The notes under the pieces: model-generated
Seen by the model: only the letters and a program-made list of their open reading frames with translations
Told to the model about the DNA's origin: nothing
The model's database searches: none
From: a virus
Lineage: Duplodnaviria > Caudoviricetes
Direction: 5' to 3' (one strand)
IMG/VR virus record: IMGVR_UViG_3300024999_000117
Span: 1 to 59,177 of that record
DNA length: 59,177 bases
Shown: in pieces, positions 56,875 to 59,177 of the stretch
Numbering within the stretch: position 1 is the first letter of the stretch
Layout: each line of letters opens with the position of its first letter
Position numbers and translations under genes: made by a program

Positions 56875-58605
56875 TCACAGCGACCTCATTCCGCGTTTTT
56901 CATAAACCGAAGATTTATCCTCATTTACCATTGCCCGAGCATGGGCATTAATCAGTGACGCAACCGGGTCAATTTTATCGGAAGCTTTCGATTTATCTAA
57001 CATTATGTTTTCACTTGGGCCTTTTCTAACTACTGCGTTTCCTATGGCCCAAGTCAAAACCGGATTATTGTTGTGGAATATTTTTTTGTTATATGCCTTA
57101 GCCCTAAAATCCTTTGTTGCTACACTTAGTCCCGTAAAAGACTGCGGTATGTCTACCGGGATAAATCCAAGTAGATCAAGTTCATGTGACAACCATGTAG
57201 CAAGCGCCCGGTCAAAACATACTTCACCTTTGGGCCATTTGTATTCTTCAAAAGTTTTCACCAAATAATCTAAAATAAAGTGATAATCGACTTCAGCCTC
57301 AGGCGTAACCGTTAACCATCCCTGATCTTTCCATAAGTCAAACCTAATCTTACCCTCCCTTACCCTTGCTTCGTAAGTTTCCTCGGGCATAAATGAGTGC
57401 GATAAAACAGCATAACATCCATCTGAAAGAGGGATATCAAAGGATAAGCTTGTTAGGTCAAGTGTTGATGCAAGGTCAATTCCAGGATAAACTTTCATAC
57501 CCGTAACATCCGGGAAAGGTCTGCCGTCATTTGTACTACATTGTTTCCACTTTGCCATATTCATGTAGCCAGCAGCACGTTGGTTAATCCAAATATTAAA
57601 TGTCTTAGTCAGGACATCACGCATTTTCTCAGGCTTGTCCTGGGCCTCCATAATGTCGTATTCAATAGACTCTTTACCTACGACGGTATTGCCGATGATA
57701 GGGTTTGACTTAAGCCTGGCGGCTTCACTGTTTATATCGTCTATCATCTTGCCGTTTTCGTCAGTTTCGGCCTCACATATCGCAACGTAGTAGCGGTCGT
57801 TTTCAACGGGATTATCAGGGTCAAGTATCTTACTAACGTAGTCATATTCAACACGGTAGCAAGGGTTGTTTAATTCAAAACCGGCAGTTGATATGATTGA
57901 CAATAGAGGCTGCAGTCTGGTTTTCATACCCGATGAAGCTAAGTCGTAATATTCCGTTGTTTCGTGCTGGTGATATTCGTCCAGAACAACAAACTGCGGA
58001 TTGGTGCCATCACCATTCTTTTTATCTTCTTTGCTTAGCCGGGCAAAAAAAGAACCGCTTTTCTTATGGCGGATAACGGTTGCTTGTAATTCTTGGTCAA
58101 ACTTGGTTACGAATTTATCTTTAAGAAGTTCTGAATTTTGATAAAGCCAGCTAGCTTCACCCCAAACAAACCTTGTATCAGATTTTTTAGTAGCTGCTAC
58201 ATACGCCTCTGCCATCGATTCGCCAAAGGCTGATATTTCATACAGAGCTTGAATACCTTTATCCTGTGACTTTGCGTTTTTCCTTGCCAACTGCTCATAA
58301 GAGCGACGAAACCTTCTTAAGCCAGTTTCGCGGTGTACCCATCCATAAATATTGCCGTAAACGAATAGCTCATATAATGCTGGTTCTTTTTGCTGTCCCG
58401 CAAGTGGCCCTTTGCTATGCTTAAATAGCCGCATCCAGTTAAAATATCTTTTTGCTTTTTCTTCATCGAGTACCCAAGGGAATTCATCTATGCCCTCACG
58501 CTTTATGTCTCTTAGAAAGCGCATGGCAGACCACTTATATTTTTGACAGTAAGCTATATTGTTATTGATTACTTCATCACAGTATTGCTTAAGGTCGTAC
58601 TTCAT
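56875..58605 (-). CDS. Terminase large subunit
   Basis: ARKNAKS Walker A, VLDEYH, ISTAG, GIDLA..DL and KIDP motifs. Confidence 0.95.
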   Translation of the reverse strand: MKYDLKQYCDEVINNNIAYCQKYKWSAMRFLRDIKREGIDEFPWVLDEEKAKRYFNWMRLFKHSKGPLAGQQKEPALYELFVYGNIYGWVHRETGLRRFRRSYEQLARKNAKSQDKGIQALYEISAFGESMAEAYVAATKKSDTRFVWGEASWLYQNSELLKDKFVTKFDQELQATVIRHKKSGSFFARLSKEDKKNGDGTNPQFVVLDEYHQHETTEYYDLASSGMKTRLQPLLSIISTAGFELNNPCYRVEYDYVSKILDPDNPVENDRYYVAICEAETDENGKMIDDINSEAARLKSNPIIGNTVVGKESIEYDIMEAQDKPEKMRDVLTKTFNIWINQRAAGYMNMAKWKQCSTNDGRPFPDVTGMKVYPGIDLASTLDLTSLSFDIPLSDGCYAVLSHSFMPEETYEARVREGKIRFDLWKDQGWLTVTPEAEVDYHFILDYLVKTFEEYKWPKGEVCFDRALATWLSHELDLLGFIPVDIPQSFTGLSVATKDFRAKAYNKKIFHNNNPVLTWAIGNAVVRKGPSENIMLDKSKASDKIDPVASLINAHARAMVNEDKSSVYEKRGMRSL

Positions 58606-59117
58606 ACATTACCAAATCCTTGATCAGCCAAAGGATCGGCAGGTTTTTTATTTTCTTGTTTTGGTACATTCTTAATCCTCGCCGTGGGGTTTAGGAAAAG
58701 TCTGTCCTCCAACTTCACTAGCAGGTCCATCTTTTTTTCAACGCGCTTATCGATTTCAAGTATTCTGTCAGCTAAAGATAAGCGCTCTACGGGATCTCTG
58801 CTCTGTGCGTATTGACTGGTTATATCATTTCTCATATCAACCATTCTTGAATACTCAGAATGTAGTAGGCAGTAACGATTAATCACGTTCTCGTCAAGTC
58901 CCTCAACATACTCAATGGAGCGATAGAGTTTTTTTAACTTCTTAAACATAGCCAGGGCAACCATGTCATTTTCAACCTGTGGGCTTGGCTTATAGTTCTT
59001 TTGTCCGGAGTTAAGTTTTGTTTCCTGTTTTTGGCGAGCGGCAATTTCTTCTTTGGTCAGGTGCCGCTTATTGCCGTTTAGTAGGTGCAACTGTACCGGT
59101 TTAGCTGGTCTGGCCAA
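58602..59117 (-). CDS. Terminase small subunit (P27 family)
   Basis: MARPAKP..L..GNK..LTKEEI..R; LFLNPTAR. Confidence 0.9.
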   Translation of the reverse strand: MARPAKPVQLHLLNGNKRHLTKEEIAARQKQETKLNSGQKNYKPSPQVENDMVALAMFKKLKKLYRSIEYVEGLDENVINRYCLLHSEYSRMVDMRNDITSQYAQSRDPVERLSLADRILEIDKRVEKKMDLLVKLEDRLFLNPTARIKNVPKQENKKPADPLADQGFGNV

Positions 59118-59177
59118 TGCCGATCACCTCCTTACAGGTGCTGAAATTTCATTTCACGAAGTTTATGTGAGGAAAGG

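Larger units (their letters stand above)
1..59177 (-). mobile_element. Temperate Firmicutes siphophage genome (HK97-like head, PolA/VirE-type replication, serine integrase)
   Basis: Packaging, head, tail, lysis, lysogeny and replication modules all present in canonical order; no host housekeeping genes; window ends fall between HNH and terS. Confidence 0.95.

Overview
The window looks like a complete or near-complete (~59 kb) temperate siphophage genome from a spore-forming Firmicute (Clostridia-like RBS and promoter signals). It is encoded mostly on the minus strand and appears to be opened at the cos region between the HNH gene and terS. Reading the minus strand from the right end: HK97-like packaging/head genes; three post-capsid genes interrupted by an HTH plus tyrosine recombinase unit; neck, tail, tape measure and two GLUG-repeat tail proteins; holin and amidase; an accessory region (RHH-regulated acidic small genes, then a pilin-like/VirB4-like ATPase module with sporulation-sigma-like promoters); a large serine integrase with a probable attP in its own 3' end; a CI/Cro switch; Rha and many small early genes; and a PolA/SSB/DUF2800/VirE/SNF2/VRR-NUC replication module carrying many DNA-modification genes (C5 MTase, two amino-MTases, TGT/DpdA-like protein, PAPS-reductase-like, HD and MazG-like proteins). 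The best candidate for a new system is at 50098-52160. There an intact second recombinase lies beside an ~590 bp AT-richer segment bounded by AACTAAC core sites, one inside a putative virion gene, suggesting integron-like exchange of a virion protein C-terminus. All family assignments come from motif recognition by eye; no database searches were run.
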